Source: an uncultured Flavobacteriales bacterium (GTDB lineage Bacteria > Bacteroidota > Bacteroidia > Flavobacteriales > BACL11). Taken from it: a stretch of DNA of 64,000 bases. A program made the translations under genes and the position numbers. Positions 1 through 10,586 of the stretch are shown one piece after another. Position 1 is the first letter of the stretch. Every line of letters starts with the position of its first letter. Location: assembly GCA_943788405.1 (NCBI GenBank), contig CALSQD010000001.1, forward strand, positions 457,200 through 521,199, read 5' to 3'. The notes beneath the pieces are model-generated. The model ran no database searches and was not told the DNA's origin. It worked only from the letters and a program-made list of their open reading frames with translations.

Positions 1-498
1 TATAATGACACAACAAATATTAAAGTTTGTGGAGATTTTAATTTAAGTAGAGACACATTGGAGCGAAAGTTATTTGATTTTGCTTTTGAAAATAAAATCC
101 CATTAATTGGAGTGTGCAGAGGAATGCAAATGATGAATGTGGTAAGTGGAGGAACTTTGTATGGTGATATTCCTACAGAAATAGGAACAGAAGTAATCCA
201 TAGGAATAATGGAGAGGTAAATCATGAAATAGTAATGGTGGATACTTGTTCTTTAATTTTTCCTTTAGAAACAGATACAATTATGGTTAACTCTAGGCAC
301 CATCAAGGGTTAAAAATTATGCCCAATCACTTAAGGGTTATTGCTCGTTCTTTTGACGGATTACCTGAGGCAGTAGTAATGAATAATGACCAACATCCTT
401 TTATGATTGCAGTTCAATTTCATCCTGAAAGACTTGGAAAAGAAAACATTATTCACACAACAATGAAAGAGAGTTTCTTTAAAGAAATTGACAAATAA
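1..498 (+). CDS. Class-I glutamine amidotransferase-like / gamma-glutamyl-GABA hydrolase family protein (peptidase C26), 5' end cut by window edge
   Basis: Frame of the 58..498 ORF stays open back to nt 1. It has the nucleophile elbow GVCRGMQ and the C-terminal QFHPE motif. Confidence 0.75.
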   Translation, partial: YNDTTNIKVCGDFNLSRDTLERKLFDFAFENKIPLIGVCRGMQMMNVVSGGTLYGDIPTEIGTEVIHRNNGEVNHEIVMVDTCSLIFPLETDTIMVNSRHHQGLKIMPNHLRVIARSFDGLPEAVVMNNDQHPFMIAVQFHPERLGKENIIHTTMKESFFKEIDK

Positions 499-573
499 AA
501 TAATTGATATTAATTATTTAAAATAGAGGGAATTAGAACAAATCCATTACATTCGCCATCTTAAATTTTAGTA

Positions 574-1017
574 ATGATACAGGACATTTTATTTACTTTC
601 TTAATTAGCTTTTCTCCTTTTGGTGAGGCTAGGGCAGGTATCCCTTATGGAGAGTTAAATGGATTGCCTATTCTGCTCGTTTTTTTTGTAGGACTTGCCG
701 CAAATTTGTTAGTTTTCCCAATATTCTACAAAGCAATTGAACTAGCAAACAAACACCTATGGAAGAATCCTTTATACAAGAAGGCCGCACTTTATTTAGC
801 CTTAAGAGCAAGAACCAAAACAAAAGAAGTGATAAAAAAATATGGGGTTTGGGGCTTAATGGTTTTTGTAATGATTCCACTACCAGTTACAGGTGCTTAT
901 ATTGGAACAATAGCTGCATTTATCTTTGGTATTTCTTATCAAAAATCATTAATAGCAATTAGCACTGGAATAACAATTTCCTCTATTATGGTCGCTTCAT
1001 TCATGCATGTTATCTAA
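574..1017 (+). CDS. Small multidrug-export-like integral membrane protein (COG2426-like)
   Basis: 147 aa with about 4 hydrophobic helices. The N-terminal PFGEARAGIPYG motif is reminiscent of that family. Confidence 0.5.
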   Translation: MIQDILFTFLISFSPFGEARAGIPYGELNGLPILLVFFVGLAANLLVFPIFYKAIELANKHLWKNPLYKKAALYLALRARTKTKEVIKKYGVWGLMVFVMIPLPVTGAYIGTIAAFIFGISYQKSLIAISTGITISSIMVASFMHVI

Positions 1018-1041
1018 GTTTAGCATTGTAAAATAATCCTC

Positions 1042-1049
1042 TATATTTG
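1042..1049 (+). promoter_or_regulatory. Bacteroidota -7 promoter box TAnnTTTG (tatatttg), 5 nt before the gpmI ATG
   Basis: Exact match to the TAnnTTTG consensus. Confidence 0.45.
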
Positions 1050-1054
1050 CATAG

Positions 1055-2572
1055 ATGAAAGGGAAGAAAACAGCACTTATTATTTTAGATGGTTGGGGAC
1101 ATGGCGATAAAACCAAATCGGATGCCATACACCATGCAAATACACCTTTTGTAGATTCACTTTATAGTAAATATCCTAATTGCGAACTCCATACTTTTGG
1201 TGAGTATGTTGGTCTTCCTAAAGGTCAAATGGGTAACTCGGAAGTTGGGCATTTAAACATTGGTGCTGGTAGAATTGTCTATCAGGATTTAGCAAAAATC
1301 AACATTGCTTGTGCAGATGATTCTATTGCTGAAATGGAAAACCTAAAAGCCTCCTTTGCTTACGCAAAAGAAAATAATAAAGCACTTCATTTAATCGGTT
1401 TGGTATCGGATGGAGGAATTCATTCTCATCAAAAGCATTTATATAAATTGTGTAAATTGGCACAAAAACAAGGAATTGAAAATGTATTTGTTCATGCCTT
1501 TACGGATGGTAGAGATTGTGATCCGAAAAGTGGAAAAGGATTTATTCAAGAATTAGAACAGAATTTATTTGGAGCAAAAATTGCTTCCATTTGTGGCAGA
1601 TATTACGCAATGGATAGAGATAAAAGATGGGAAAGAGTACAACTTGCTTATAATCTATTAACAAAAGGGGTAGGAGAATCTTCTCAAAATCTTGTGGAAA
1701 GCATCCAAAATTCTTACGATAATGAAATTACAGATGAGTTTGTAAAACCAATTGTAAGTATAGATGAAAACGGAAATCCTATCGCAACAATAAAAGAAGA
1801 TGATGCAGTAATTTGTTTTAATTTCAGAACTGATAGGTGTAGGGAAATTACAACTGTACTTACGCAAACCAATATGCCAGATTTTGAAATGAATACTTTA
1901 AATCTGCATTATTCCACCATGACAAATTATGATGCATCTTACAAAAATGTAAATGTAATTTACAATAAAGAAAACATCAAAAATACTTTGGGTGAAGTGT
2001 TGGAAAGTAACAACAAAACTCAAATCAGAATTGCTGAAACTGAGAAGTATCCTCATGTTACTTTTTTCTTTTCAGGAGGTAGAGAAGCAGAATTTGTTGG
2101 CGAAAAAAGATTGATGGTAAACTCACCAAAAGTAGCAACTTATGATTTGCAACCGGAAATGAGTGCTCCTGAAGTTACTTCAACTATTGTAACAGAATTA
2201 GAAAAAGGAGAAACAGATTTTATCTGCTTAAACTTTGCAAACCCTGATATGGTTGGACATACTGGCGATTTTTTAGCAATTACAAAAGCAGTAGAAACTG
2301 TAGATAATTGTACCAAAAAAGTAGTGGAAGCAGGATTAAAAAACGACTATGCTTTTATCATTATTGCCGATCATGGAAATGCTGATTTTGCATTGAATCC
2401 TGATGGAACACCTAACACATCACACAGCACAAATATGGTGCCTTGCTTTGCAATAAACACCAATTTTGAAAAAATAGAAAACGGAAAACTAGGAGATATT
2501 GCTCCTACAATTTTATATATAATGGGAGTGGAAACTCCAATAGAAATGACAGGAGAAATCCTAATAAAATAA
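1055..2572 (+). CDS. gpmI: 2,3-bisphosphoglycerate-independent phosphoglycerate mutase
   Basis: 505 aa with the motifs ILDGWG, GNSEVGH, SDGGIHSH and ADHGNA. Confidence 0.95.
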   Translation: MKGKKTALIILDGWGHGDKTKSDAIHHANTPFVDSLYSKYPNCELHTFGEYVGLPKGQMGNSEVGHLNIGAGRIVYQDLAKINIACADDSIAEMENLKASFAYAKENNKALHLIGLVSDGGIHSHQKHLYKLCKLAQKQGIENVFVHAFTDGRDCDPKSGKGFIQELEQNLFGAKIASICGRYYAMDRDKRWERVQLAYNLLTKGVGESSQNLVESIQNSYDNEITDEFVKPIVSIDENGNPIATIKEDDAVICFNFRTDRCREITTVLTQTNMPDFEMNTLNLHYSTMTNYDASYKNVNVIYNKENIKNTLGEVLESNNKTQIRIAETEKYPHVTFFFSGGREAEFVGEKRLMVNSPKVATYDLQPEMSAPEVTSTIVTELEKGETDFICLNFANPDMVGHTGDFLAITKAVETVDNCTKKVVEAGLKNDYAFIIIADHGNADFALNPDGTPNTSHSTNMVPCFAINTNFEKIENGKLGDIAPTILYIMGVETPIEMTGEILIK

Positions 2573-2576
2573 AGAA

Positions 2577-3962
2577 ATGGAACACATTAACAATTACATA
2601 AACGAAAACAAGGACAGGTTCATTAACGAATTGATTGATCTGTTAAAAATACCATCTATCTCAGCCGATCCAGCTTATAGTGAGGATGTTTTAAACTGTG
2701 CAGGTGCAGTAGCAAAAGCAATGGAAAGTGCAGGAGCAGATAATATTGAGATCTGTAAAACGGCAGGTTATCCTATCGTTTATGGAGAAAAAATTATTGA
2801 CGCGAGTTTACCAACTGTTTTGGTTTATGGTCATTATGATGTGCAACCGGCTGACCCTTTAGAATTATGGACAAGCGGACCATTTGAGCCAGTTGTTAAA
2901 AAGACAGAAATTCACCCAGAAGGAGCAATTTTTGCAAGAGGTGCTTGTGATGATAAAGGACAATTTTATATGCATGTAAAGGCATTTGAATTAATGATGA
3001 AAACCGATACTTTACCTTGTAATGTAAAGTTCATGATTGAAGGAGAGGAAGAGGTTGGTTCGGAAAATTTAGGTGTTTTTGTAAAAGCAAATAAGAAAAG
3101 GTTAAAGTGTGACGCCATCTTAATTTCTGATACTGGAATTATTGCAAATGATACGCCATCAATCACAACTGGATTGAAAGGTTTGAGTTATGTTGAGTTA
3201 GAGGTTACTGGCCCTAATCGTGATTTACATTCAGGATTATATGGTGGTGCAGTTGCTAATCCTATCAATATTTTATGTGAGATGATTGCAAAAATGAAAG
3301 ATGAAAATAATCATATTGCAATTCCTAAATTTTATGACAATGTAGTGGAACTTTCAGCAGAAGAAAGAGCTGATATTGCAAGAGCTCCATTTTCTTTAGA
3401 CAAATATAAAGCAGCATTGGATTTATCAGATGTTCATGGTGAAGAAGGATATACTACTATGGAGCGTACTGGAATTCGCCCTACTTTAGATGTAAACGGA
3501 ATTTGGGGTGGATACACTGGTGAAGGAGCAAAAACAGTTATTGCATCCAAAGCATATGCAAAAATATCTATGCGATTGGTTCCTAATCAATCTGATGAGG
3601 AAATCACTACTTTATTCTCAGACTACTTTAAAAGTATTGCACCTAAAAGTGTAAGTGTAAAAGTTAGCCCTCATCATGGTGGGGAACCTTATGTTTCTCC
3701 TACTGATATTCCTGCTTATGTTGCAGCAAGTAAGGCAATGGAAACTACTTATGGCAAAAAACCTGTTCCGGTTAAAAGCGGGGGGTCTATCCCTATTGTT
3801 GCTTTGTTTGAAGCTGAATTAGGTGTTAAGTCTATCTTACTTGGTTTTGGTTTGGATTCGGATGCTATCCACTCTCCAAATGAGCATTATGGAATTTTCA
3901 ACTACTTAAAAGGAATAGAAACCATTCCTCATTTTTTTGCCAATTACGCAAAGGCTCATTAA
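2577..3962 (+). CDS. M20-family dipeptidase / metallohydrolase
   Basis: 461 aa with HYDVQPAD, GACDDKG, EGEEEVGS and a C-terminal HSPNEH motif. Confidence 0.85.
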   Translation: MEHINNYINENKDRFINELIDLLKIPSISADPAYSEDVLNCAGAVAKAMESAGADNIEICKTAGYPIVYGEKIIDASLPTVLVYGHYDVQPADPLELWTSGPFEPVVKKTEIHPEGAIFARGACDDKGQFYMHVKAFELMMKTDTLPCNVKFMIEGEEEVGSENLGVFVKANKKRLKCDAILISDTGIIANDTPSITTGLKGLSYVELEVTGPNRDLHSGLYGGAVANPINILCEMIAKMKDENNHIAIPKFYDNVVELSAEERADIARAPFSLDKYKAALDLSDVHGEEGYTTMERTGIRPTLDVNGIWGGYTGEGAKTVIASKAYAKISMRLVPNQSDEEITTLFSDYFKSIAPKSVSVKVSPHHGGEPYVSPTDIPAYVAASKAMETTYGKKPVPVKSGGSIPIVALFEAELGVKSILLGFGLDSDAIHSPNEHYGIFNYLKGIETIPHFFANYAKAH

Positions 3963-4046
3963 ACTTTTCGGCAATAATTTACTCTAAATTTTGTTATTTG
4001 TAAAAGTTGATGTTTTTATCTACTTTTATGCCTTACAACACATTTC

Positions 4047-4904
4047 ATGAGAAAAGTATTTTTCTTCTTTACTATTATACTAATTGCATCCTGCACAAAA
4101 GTTGAGGATATATTGGTTGATGGAAATATAGTGCCTCCTGATTATACAATTGAAAACACAACAATTGACATCTATATTAACAAGTTGTATATAAGTACAA
4201 TTGGGCGTGAACCAACTGCAAGTGAGTTTGACGCTAATTTTGAAATGCTAAGGGGATCTAATCTGAGTCAGCAAAGTAGAGAGCAAGTAATTGCAGATAT
4301 TTTAAATAAGGAAGATTATAGTAATAATCTATTTAAACTAGAAAGTGCAAATGTCTTAAATGGAGTAGATACTAATATGATAAATGAACGAGTTTATATT
4401 TATCAGTTTTTATTGACTACAGCTAGTGGATTTGATAGCATTTATATTGAGTATGAGTTGGGAAGAATGTTGGAGTTTCAAGATGCCTTACCCGAGTTGA
4501 ATGATGGAGTAATTACAAATACTGAACTGTATAAACGCATGGTGAATAATAATTTCTTTGATGAAATAAATATGGGTACAGAAAATTTTGTTGTGGCTAT
4601 GTTTCAGCACTTTTTATTAAGATACCCTACTGAATCTGAGATAGAAAATTCAAAAATTATGGTGGATGATGGTAACTCAACTGTGTTTTTTGAAACAGGA
4701 AATGGAAAGCTGGATTTTATAAATATCTTTTTTGCCTCTGATGAATATTATACCGGACAAACAAGCATTCTATTTAATCGCTATTTGTTTCGTGACCCTA
4801 CTTCAGAAGAGAGTGTAAATTATAGTTTAGATTACATTAACACAAATGATTATAAAATGCTTCAAAAAAGAATATTATCATCTGATGAATATATTGGCCT
4901 ATGA
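4047..4904 (+). CDS. Lipoprotein with three DUF4214-like repeats (function unknown)
   Basis: Lipobox LIASC. A repeated R-x-P-T-x-x-E core occurs three times (GREPTASE, LRYPTESE, FRDPTSEE), each followed by an [SD]xEY tail. First gene of the coupled operon. Confidence 0.7.
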   Translation: MRKVFFFFTIILIASCTKVEDILVDGNIVPPDYTIENTTIDIYINKLYISTIGREPTASEFDANFEMLRGSNLSQQSREQVIADILNKEDYSNNLFKLESANVLNGVDTNMINERVYIYQFLLTTASGFDSIYIEYELGRMLEFQDALPELNDGVITNTELYKRMVNNNFFDEINMGTENFVVAMFQHFLLRYPTESEIENSKIMVDDGNSTVFFETGNGKLDFINIFFASDEYYTGQTSILFNRYLFRDPTSEESVNYSLDYINTNDYKMLQKRILSSDEYIGL

Positions 4905-5383
4905 AGAAAGTAATTTTTATATTGAGTGTCCTAATTTTGTTTTCTTGTAAAAAAGAAAAGAAGATTTCTTATGCTTTAAATGATGTGAATATTTCCCAAA
5001 ATTCAGCTAATAAAGACCATCTTAAAAGTACAACTGAGTTTATTTCTATTGCTTATTCTGATATTTTTGGAACAGTTATTACTACTGATAAGTTAGCTGA
5101 TTTAAGCACTATGTATAAAGCTTTTGGAGATAAAAAATTGATTGAAGAAATGGTGATTAAGAATTTCTTAAACGAGCCAACTATTCAAATCCCCCAAATT
5201 GATAGAACTTCAGAAATTACTATTCAAAATTTTGTAACTGATTCCTATAAGAAATTATTCAACCGTACACCAGATGAATATGAGCTATGGTTTGTAACTG
5301 ATATGATTCAGAAGGATGCTGATTTAACATCAGAGCTTATTTATCTTTCTTTAATGACGGCTAACGAATACAGATATTACTAA
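4901..5383 (+). CDS. Lipoprotein with DUF4214-like repeat(s) (function unknown)
   Basis: Lipobox ILFSC. Motif FNRTPDEYE followed by ANEYRYY. The start overlaps the upstream stop (ATGA). Confidence 0.7.
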   Translation: MKKVIFILSVLILFSCKKEKKISYALNDVNISQNSANKDHLKSTTEFISIAYSDIFGTVITTDKLADLSTMYKAFGDKKLIEEMVIKNFLNEPTIQIPQIDRTSEITIQNFVTDSYKKLFNRTPDEYELWFVTDMIQKDADLTSELIYLSLMTANEYRYY

Positions 5384-6687
5384 TGGAAAGAAGAAAATTT
5401 ATTAGAAATTTAGGCTTAGGAGCAGCAGCAACTATTGGCGTTCCCTACCTTTTGCCAAGTGGCAGATTATTTGCCTCAACAGGAGTAAGAAAAGCAAATC
5501 ATGTAGTGTTTTGTTTGTTTGCAGGAGGAGTGAGAAATTTAGAATCAGTACATAAAATAGATGGAAATTTAATGCCTTATAGTTTTAAAGGGAATGAAAA
5601 TATTTCATCTGATATTATAAGCGGAATTGATTTAGTGCCTCCAAATACAGGAATAACTTTGCAAGAACAAGGAACCTTGTATAAGGAGTTCCGAATGAAA
5701 TATGGGCCAACAGGACATTATGGAGCGCATGCCACAGCAATGACAGGAGTTTATACTGGAGAGAATTTAAACATAAATACAAATCCTCAATATCCAACTA
5801 TTTTTGAGCTATACCGAAAACATAATTCTCCAGGTATGAGTGCCAAAAATGCTTGGTGGGTTTCTAATTCTTTAGGGCCATATGCACATCTTAATTATTC
5901 ATCTTATGAAGGATATGGAGCGGATTATGGAGCAAATTTCATTCAACCTGGCTCTATTATTTCTCAAGATGGATTTGACAGTTTAGGAAATTCAAGAGTG
6001 TATAACAATACAGAGGAAGATAAAATAAAAGCATTAAGAGGATTTTGTGATGCGCACTTTACCTCTCAATATAATGGAGCTGCTAATAGTATTGTAAATA
6101 CTGAAGCAGACAAAAAAGAGATTGAAAGTTTCATTAATCAATGTTTTACGGATGCAGTTGCTGGGCAGTTTGATGACCCTTGGGGAATAGGACAAGGTTT
6201 GTATAATAATGATATGCGTACTGTACAATTTGCTGAAAAAGTAATTCAGGAATTTAACCCAGAATTATTAGTAGTAAATATGCAAGGGGTGGATGTAGCA
6301 CATGACGATTTTACTGAGTATGCAAGCAATTTACAAAAGGCTGATTATGCTTTAGGGCATTTATGGAATACCATACAGAATACACCAGGAATGGCAGATG
6401 ATACCATATTAATTGCTATGCCAGAACATGGTAGAAATTCTGAAGGAAATGGCTTGTATGATGCTTATGGAAGACAGGCTTTGGATCATACAAATGATGA
6501 AATGAGTAGAGAAATTTTTGCTTTAGTTCTAGGGCCTAATGGGGTGGTGGTTCAGGACCAAGTTTTCTCACAGGAAAAAGGAGAAAGTATAGATATTGTT
6601 CCTACAATTGCAAATATTTTAGGATTTGATGCTGATATTCCTGGCGGTTTACTTAGTGGTAATGTGTTAAACGAAAGTTTTTATTAA
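5383..6687 (+). CDS. Tat-exported alkaline-phosphatase-superfamily protein (DUF1501-like)
   Basis: Twin-arginine leader MERRKFIRNLGLGAAA. AP-superfamily-like motifs CLFAGGVRN, TGHYGAHATAMTG, VDVAHDD and MPEHGRN. TAATG overlap with the upstream gene. Confidence 0.7.
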   Translation: MERRKFIRNLGLGAAATIGVPYLLPSGRLFASTGVRKANHVVFCLFAGGVRNLESVHKIDGNLMPYSFKGNENISSDIISGIDLVPPNTGITLQEQGTLYKEFRMKYGPTGHYGAHATAMTGVYTGENLNINTNPQYPTIFELYRKHNSPGMSAKNAWWVSNSLGPYAHLNYSSYEGYGADYGANFIQPGSIISQDGFDSLGNSRVYNNTEEDKIKALRGFCDAHFTSQYNGAANSIVNTEADKKEIESFINQCFTDAVAGQFDDPWGIGQGLYNNDMRTVQFAEKVIQEFNPELLVVNMQGVDVAHDDFTEYASNLQKADYALGHLWNTIQNTPGMADDTILIAMPEHGRNSEGNGLYDAYGRQALDHTNDEMSREIFALVLGPNGVVVQDQVFSQEKGESIDIVPTIANILGFDADIPGGLLSGNVLNESFY

Positions 6688-6688
6688 G

Positions 6689-7597
6689 ATGAGAAAGTTA
6701 CTTTTTTTAGGGTTTATATTGTCTTTGTGTTTAGTAAATTGTACAGAAGATAATTTGCCGATTAATCCTTATGATGGGGTGGATTATGGCAATACAACTT
6801 TGGTGATTGATACGGTTTCTTCTACCTCTTTTGTAAAATTACACAGAGATGTTTTAGGCCCTTCATGTAATGTTATGGGATGCCATGATGGTTCTTTTGA
6901 GCCTGATTTTAGAACAGTAGAGAGCTCTTATAATACTTTAGTTTATCATGAAATTATCAAAAATAACTTAGCGGAAGATTTTACTTATAGAGTAGTTCCA
7001 GGGGATACTGCTTTATCCGTTTTACATGAGCGATTAACCAATTGTTGTTTTGTAAATACGAATGATAGGATGCCTCAGGATAACATAGGAAATGCTTTAC
7101 CTCAAGAAGATTTAGATGCAGTAACCGCTTGGATTTTAGGTGGGGCAAAAGACATTACAGGAGCAATCTCTAGTGAGCCCAATAATTTACCAAATATAGA
7201 TTTCTTTTTTGTTATGGATTTAATGTATGATTCTACATATTCTGACAATAGAATTGGGGAATGGTATGAGCCGTTTTTAATGCCTGAAAACGAACAAGTG
7301 AATTTTATATTTAGAGTATGGGATGATAAAACTAACCCAGCAGACATGTTAGTTAATGAAGTGATGATTTCTGAATTTCAAGATGATTTTTCTAATGCAA
7401 TTACGGCTACCGCAACTTATTATGACCCTACTTATGATGTGTGGTCAGTTCCTGTTAATACGACTGTTTTGCAAAGCGGTGAAACATATTATGTACGATA
7501 TAAAATTAATGATGGAGAAAATTCAAGCAATACAATTTACCCAAATAATCAAACCTCTTTTATTTTTAAAAGCATGTGGTCCTTTATTGTTCAATAG
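6689..7597 (+). CDS. Lipoprotein with planctomycete-type cytochrome-c-like (PSCyt-like) domain and a C-terminal beta-rich domain
   Basis: Lipobox LVNC. The pattern SCNVMGCHDG ... VVPGDTALSVLHERL ... DRMPQD ... LPQEDLDAVTAWILGGA follows the PSCyt1 layout. Confidence 0.6.
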   Translation: MRKLLFLGFILSLCLVNCTEDNLPINPYDGVDYGNTTLVIDTVSSTSFVKLHRDVLGPSCNVMGCHDGSFEPDFRTVESSYNTLVYHEIIKNNLAEDFTYRVVPGDTALSVLHERLTNCCFVNTNDRMPQDNIGNALPQEDLDAVTAWILGGAKDITGAISSEPNNLPNIDFFFVMDLMYDSTYSDNRIGEWYEPFLMPENEQVNFIFRVWDDKTNPADMLVNEVMISEFQDDFSNAITATATYYDPTYDVWSVPVNTTVLQSGETYYVRYKINDGENSSNTIYPNNQTSFIFKSMWSFIVQ

Positions 7598-8029
7598 ATG
7601 AAAATACTAATTTTTATACTTTTTGCAATTCTGCTTTTTTCCTGTAAAAAAGAGGATGCAGTTTCTGATATTCCTCAAATTGAATTTCTAAGTATTTCTC
7701 CTACTACAGCACAAGAATATATTGATGATATTATAGTTAAAATATCATATGCTGATGCAAATGGGGATTTGGGAGAAAATAATCCTGATATATTTAATCT
7801 ATTTATTACCGATAAAAGAAATGAAATAGAGTATAAGTTTCGTATTCCTGAACTTACTCCAAATGGCAGTGATATTGCAATAGAAGGTAATTTTAATATT
7901 ACGATAAATGGTACAGGAATTACGAGTGAATCATCTAGCCAAAAAGTTGCTTATTCTATTTATGTAAAAGATAGAGCTGGAAATAAGAGTAATATCATTA
8001 CTACTTCTGAGATTACAATCCAAGAATAA
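7598..8029 (+). CDS. Small lipoprotein (function unknown)
   Basis: Lipobox LLFSC. 143 aa, beta-rich. The start codon directly abuts the upstream stop. Confidence 0.65.
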   Translation: MKILIFILFAILLFSCKKEDAVSDIPQIEFLSISPTTAQEYIDDIIVKISYADANGDLGENNPDIFNLFITDKRNEIEYKFRIPELTPNGSDIAIEGNFNITINGTGITSESSSQKVAYSIYVKDRAGNKSNIITTSEITIQE

Positions 8030-8031
8030 AA

Positions 8032-10134
8032 ATGAAATTTTTTAATTTAGTGAGTATTTGTTTATTGCTCACAATGAGTTTTAATAGTCAACACAAAGAA
8101 ATAAAAACTGTGGAAAATCATCATCAATATACCAATGCTTTAGTTAATGAAACAAGTCCTTACCTTTTGCAACACGCACATAATCCTGTGGACTGGTATC
8201 CTTGGAACGAGCAAACTTTGGATAAAGCAAAAGCGGAAGGGAAGTTATTACTGATTAGTATTGGTTATTCTGCTTGCCATTGGTGTCATGTAATGGAACA
8301 CGAAAGTTTTGAGGATGCTGAGGTGGCAAAGATTATGAATGATAATTTCATTTGCATTAAGGTAGATAGAGAAGAAAGACCAGATATAGATCAAATTTAT
8401 ATGACGGCAGTTCAACTGATGAATCAAAGAGGAGGTTGGCCATTGAATTGTGTAGCATTGCCTGAAGGTAAGCCGTTTTGGGGAGGAACTTATTTCAGAA
8501 AAGAGGATTGGAAAAAACAAATTTTAGGTTTAGCAAATACTTATAAAACGGAGCCTAATCGAGTAAAAGAATTTGCCGATAGACTTGCAAAAGGAATACA
8601 AGAAGTAGAAAATATTGGTTTGAATACTGAAGCAGTGAACTTCACTTGGAAGGATTTACATAATATGGTTAGTCCTTGGGCTGAACGATTTGATAATATG
8701 GAAGGAGGGAGCAATGGAGCTCCAAAATTTCCTATGCCAAATGCCTACCATTTTTTATTAAAGTACGCTCATCTTTCTAAAAATAAAGAGGTGCTAAATC
8801 ATGTTGAACTCACTTTGGGTAAAATGGCTTTTGGTGGTATTTATGATCAAATAGGGGGTGGTTTTTCTCGTTATTCAGTGGATAAATTATGGAAAGCTCC
8901 CCATTTTGAAAAAATGCTGTATGATAATGGACAACTCGTAAGTTTATATTCGGATGCTTATTTAAAATTTAAAAAGCCTTTATATAAAGAGGTTGTTTTT
9001 GAAACACTAGACTTTATTGATCGTGAATTAATGGCAGAAAATGGAGCCTTTTATTCTGCTTTGGATGCCGATAGTGAAGGGGAGGAAGGAAAGTTTTATG
9101 TATGGAATGAAACGGAATTGAAATTATTTATCCGTGAGGATTATGATATTTTTAAGGACTATTACAATGTAAATTCTGTTGGGCTTTGGGAACATGGAAA
9201 TTATATTTTACTGAAAAAGAAAACCAAAGCACAAATTGCTAAAAAGCATAAAGTTTCAGTTGCTGATTTGGAAAATAAAATTGAAAATTGGAAAGCAATT
9301 TTAATGAAAGAAAGAGATAAACGCATTCGCCCAGGATTGGATGATAAATCCTTAACCTCTTGGAATGGTTTAATGCTAAAAGGATATGTGGATGCTTATA
9401 TGGCTTTTGGGAAAAAGGAACATTTGGAAGTGGCTTTAAAGAATGCAAATTTCTTAGCCAATACACAAATACAATCAGATGGAAGATTATGGCACTCCTA
9501 TAAAGATGGACGCTCCACTATCAATGCTTATTTGGAGGATTATGCCATTGTAAGTTCGGCATTTATTCGTCTATATGAAGCCACTTTTGATGAGGTTTGG
9601 TTAAGTAGAGCTAATCAATTAGTGGCTTATGCTTTGGATAATTTTTATGATAAAAACTCTGGGATGTTTTATTTTACTTCCAAGTTAGATCCTGAATTGG
9701 TTGCTAGAAAAATGGAGATTAATGACAATGTTATTCCTGCTTCTAATTCAGTAATGGCAAATGTATTGTACGATTTAGGAACACTTTTGGATAATAGGAT
9801 TTACAAGCAAAAAGCAGTTATTATGGCAAATAATGTAAAGCCTGATATGCAACAATACGCTTCAGGATATGCAAATTATGCTACCCTTATGTTAAAAGAA
9901 ATTGTTCCTTTTCATGAAGTGGCCATTGTGGGGAAAGATGCCCATGCAAAGGCTATGGAATTGAATAAAAAATATATCCCTAATAAATTGTTATTAGGGA
10001 GTGTAAAGGAAAATGAGTTGGAATTATTGCAAGAAAAATATGTTCAAGGCAGTACAATTATTTATGTTTGCGAAAACAAGGCTTGCCAATTGCCAACTAG
10101 TAATATAATGAAGGCTCAAAAATTAATGAATTAA
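8032..10134 (+). CDS. Secreted thioredoxin-domain protein, DUF255/YyaL family (thioredoxin fold plus alpha/alpha-6 barrel)
   Basis: 700 aa with an N-terminal signal peptide. Contains [26 protein letters not shown] and a long GlcNAc-2-epimerase-like C-terminal region. Confidence 0.85.
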   Translation: MKFFNLVSICLLLTMSFNSQHKEIKTVENHHQYTNALVNETSPYLLQHAHNPVDWYPWNEQTLDKAKAEGKLLLISIGYSACHWCHVMEHESFEDAEVAKIMNDNFICIKVDREERPDIDQIYMTAVQLMNQRGGWPLNCVALPEGKPFWGGTYFRKEDWKKQILGLANTYKTEPNRVKEFADRLAKGIQEVENIGLNTEAVNFTWKDLHNMVSPWAERFDNMEGGSNGAPKFPMPNAYHFLLKYAHLSKNKEVLNHVELTLGKMAFGGIYDQIGGGFSRYSVDKLWKAPHFEKMLYDNGQLVSLYSDAYLKFKKPLYKEVVFETLDFIDRELMAENGAFYSALDADSEGEEGKFYVWNETELKLFIREDYDIFKDYYNVNSVGLWEHGNYILLKKKTKAQIAKKHKVSVADLENKIENWKAILMKERDKRIRPGLDDKSLTSWNGLMLKGYVDAYMAFGKKEHLEVALKNANFLANTQIQSDGRLWHSYKDGRSTINAYLEDYAIVSSAFIRLYEATFDEVWLSRANQLVAYALDNFYDKNSGMFYFTSKLDPELVARKMEINDNVIPASNSVMANVLYDLGTLLDNRIYKQKAVIMANNVKPDMQQYASGYANYATLMLKEIVPFHEVAIVGKDAHAKAMELNKKYIPNKLLLGSVKENELELLQEKYVQGSTIIYVCENKACQLPTSNIMKAQKLMN

Positions 10135-10586
10135 TGAACTATATATTTGAAGAAAATCAGAAGTTTACCCAGTGGTGGTTGTGGGTAATTTTATTGTCGT
10201 TTCCAATTATGGCCTTTGGGCCTTTTGATGAAAATGAAGTTAATATTGAGTATGTATTGATAGGGCTAGCATTACCATTATTATTCTACCTATTTGAGTT
10301 AAGAATTAAAGTAAGCAATGATGGTTTGCATTATCAATTTTTCCCATTTCATTTCAAATCATATACGATAAAGCATGAGGAAATTGAAAAAGCTAAAGCC
10401 ATGGAATACTCCCCTCTAAAAGAATATGGAGGTTGGGGAATAAAGTACGGATTTAAAGGAAAGGCCTATAATGTAAGCGGTAATAAAGGCGTGAAGATTT
10501 TCCTGAGAAATGGAACAAACATTATGTTTGGAAGCCAAAAACACAAAGAGTTGGCAAAGGCTTTGAAAAATGCTAAGCAACAATAA
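10134..10586 (+). CDS. Hypothetical membrane protein
   Basis: 150 aa with two N-terminal hydrophobic helices. TAATG overlap with the upstream gene. The 3' end overlaps tyrS by 14 nt. Confidence 0.55.
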   Translation: MNYIFEENQKFTQWWLWVILLSFPIMAFGPFDENEVNIEYVLIGLALPLLFYLFELRIKVSNDGLHYQFFPFHFKSYTIKHEEIEKAKAMEYSPLKEYGGWGIKYGFKGKAYNVSGNKGVKIFLRNGTNIMFGSQKHKELAKALKNAKQQ

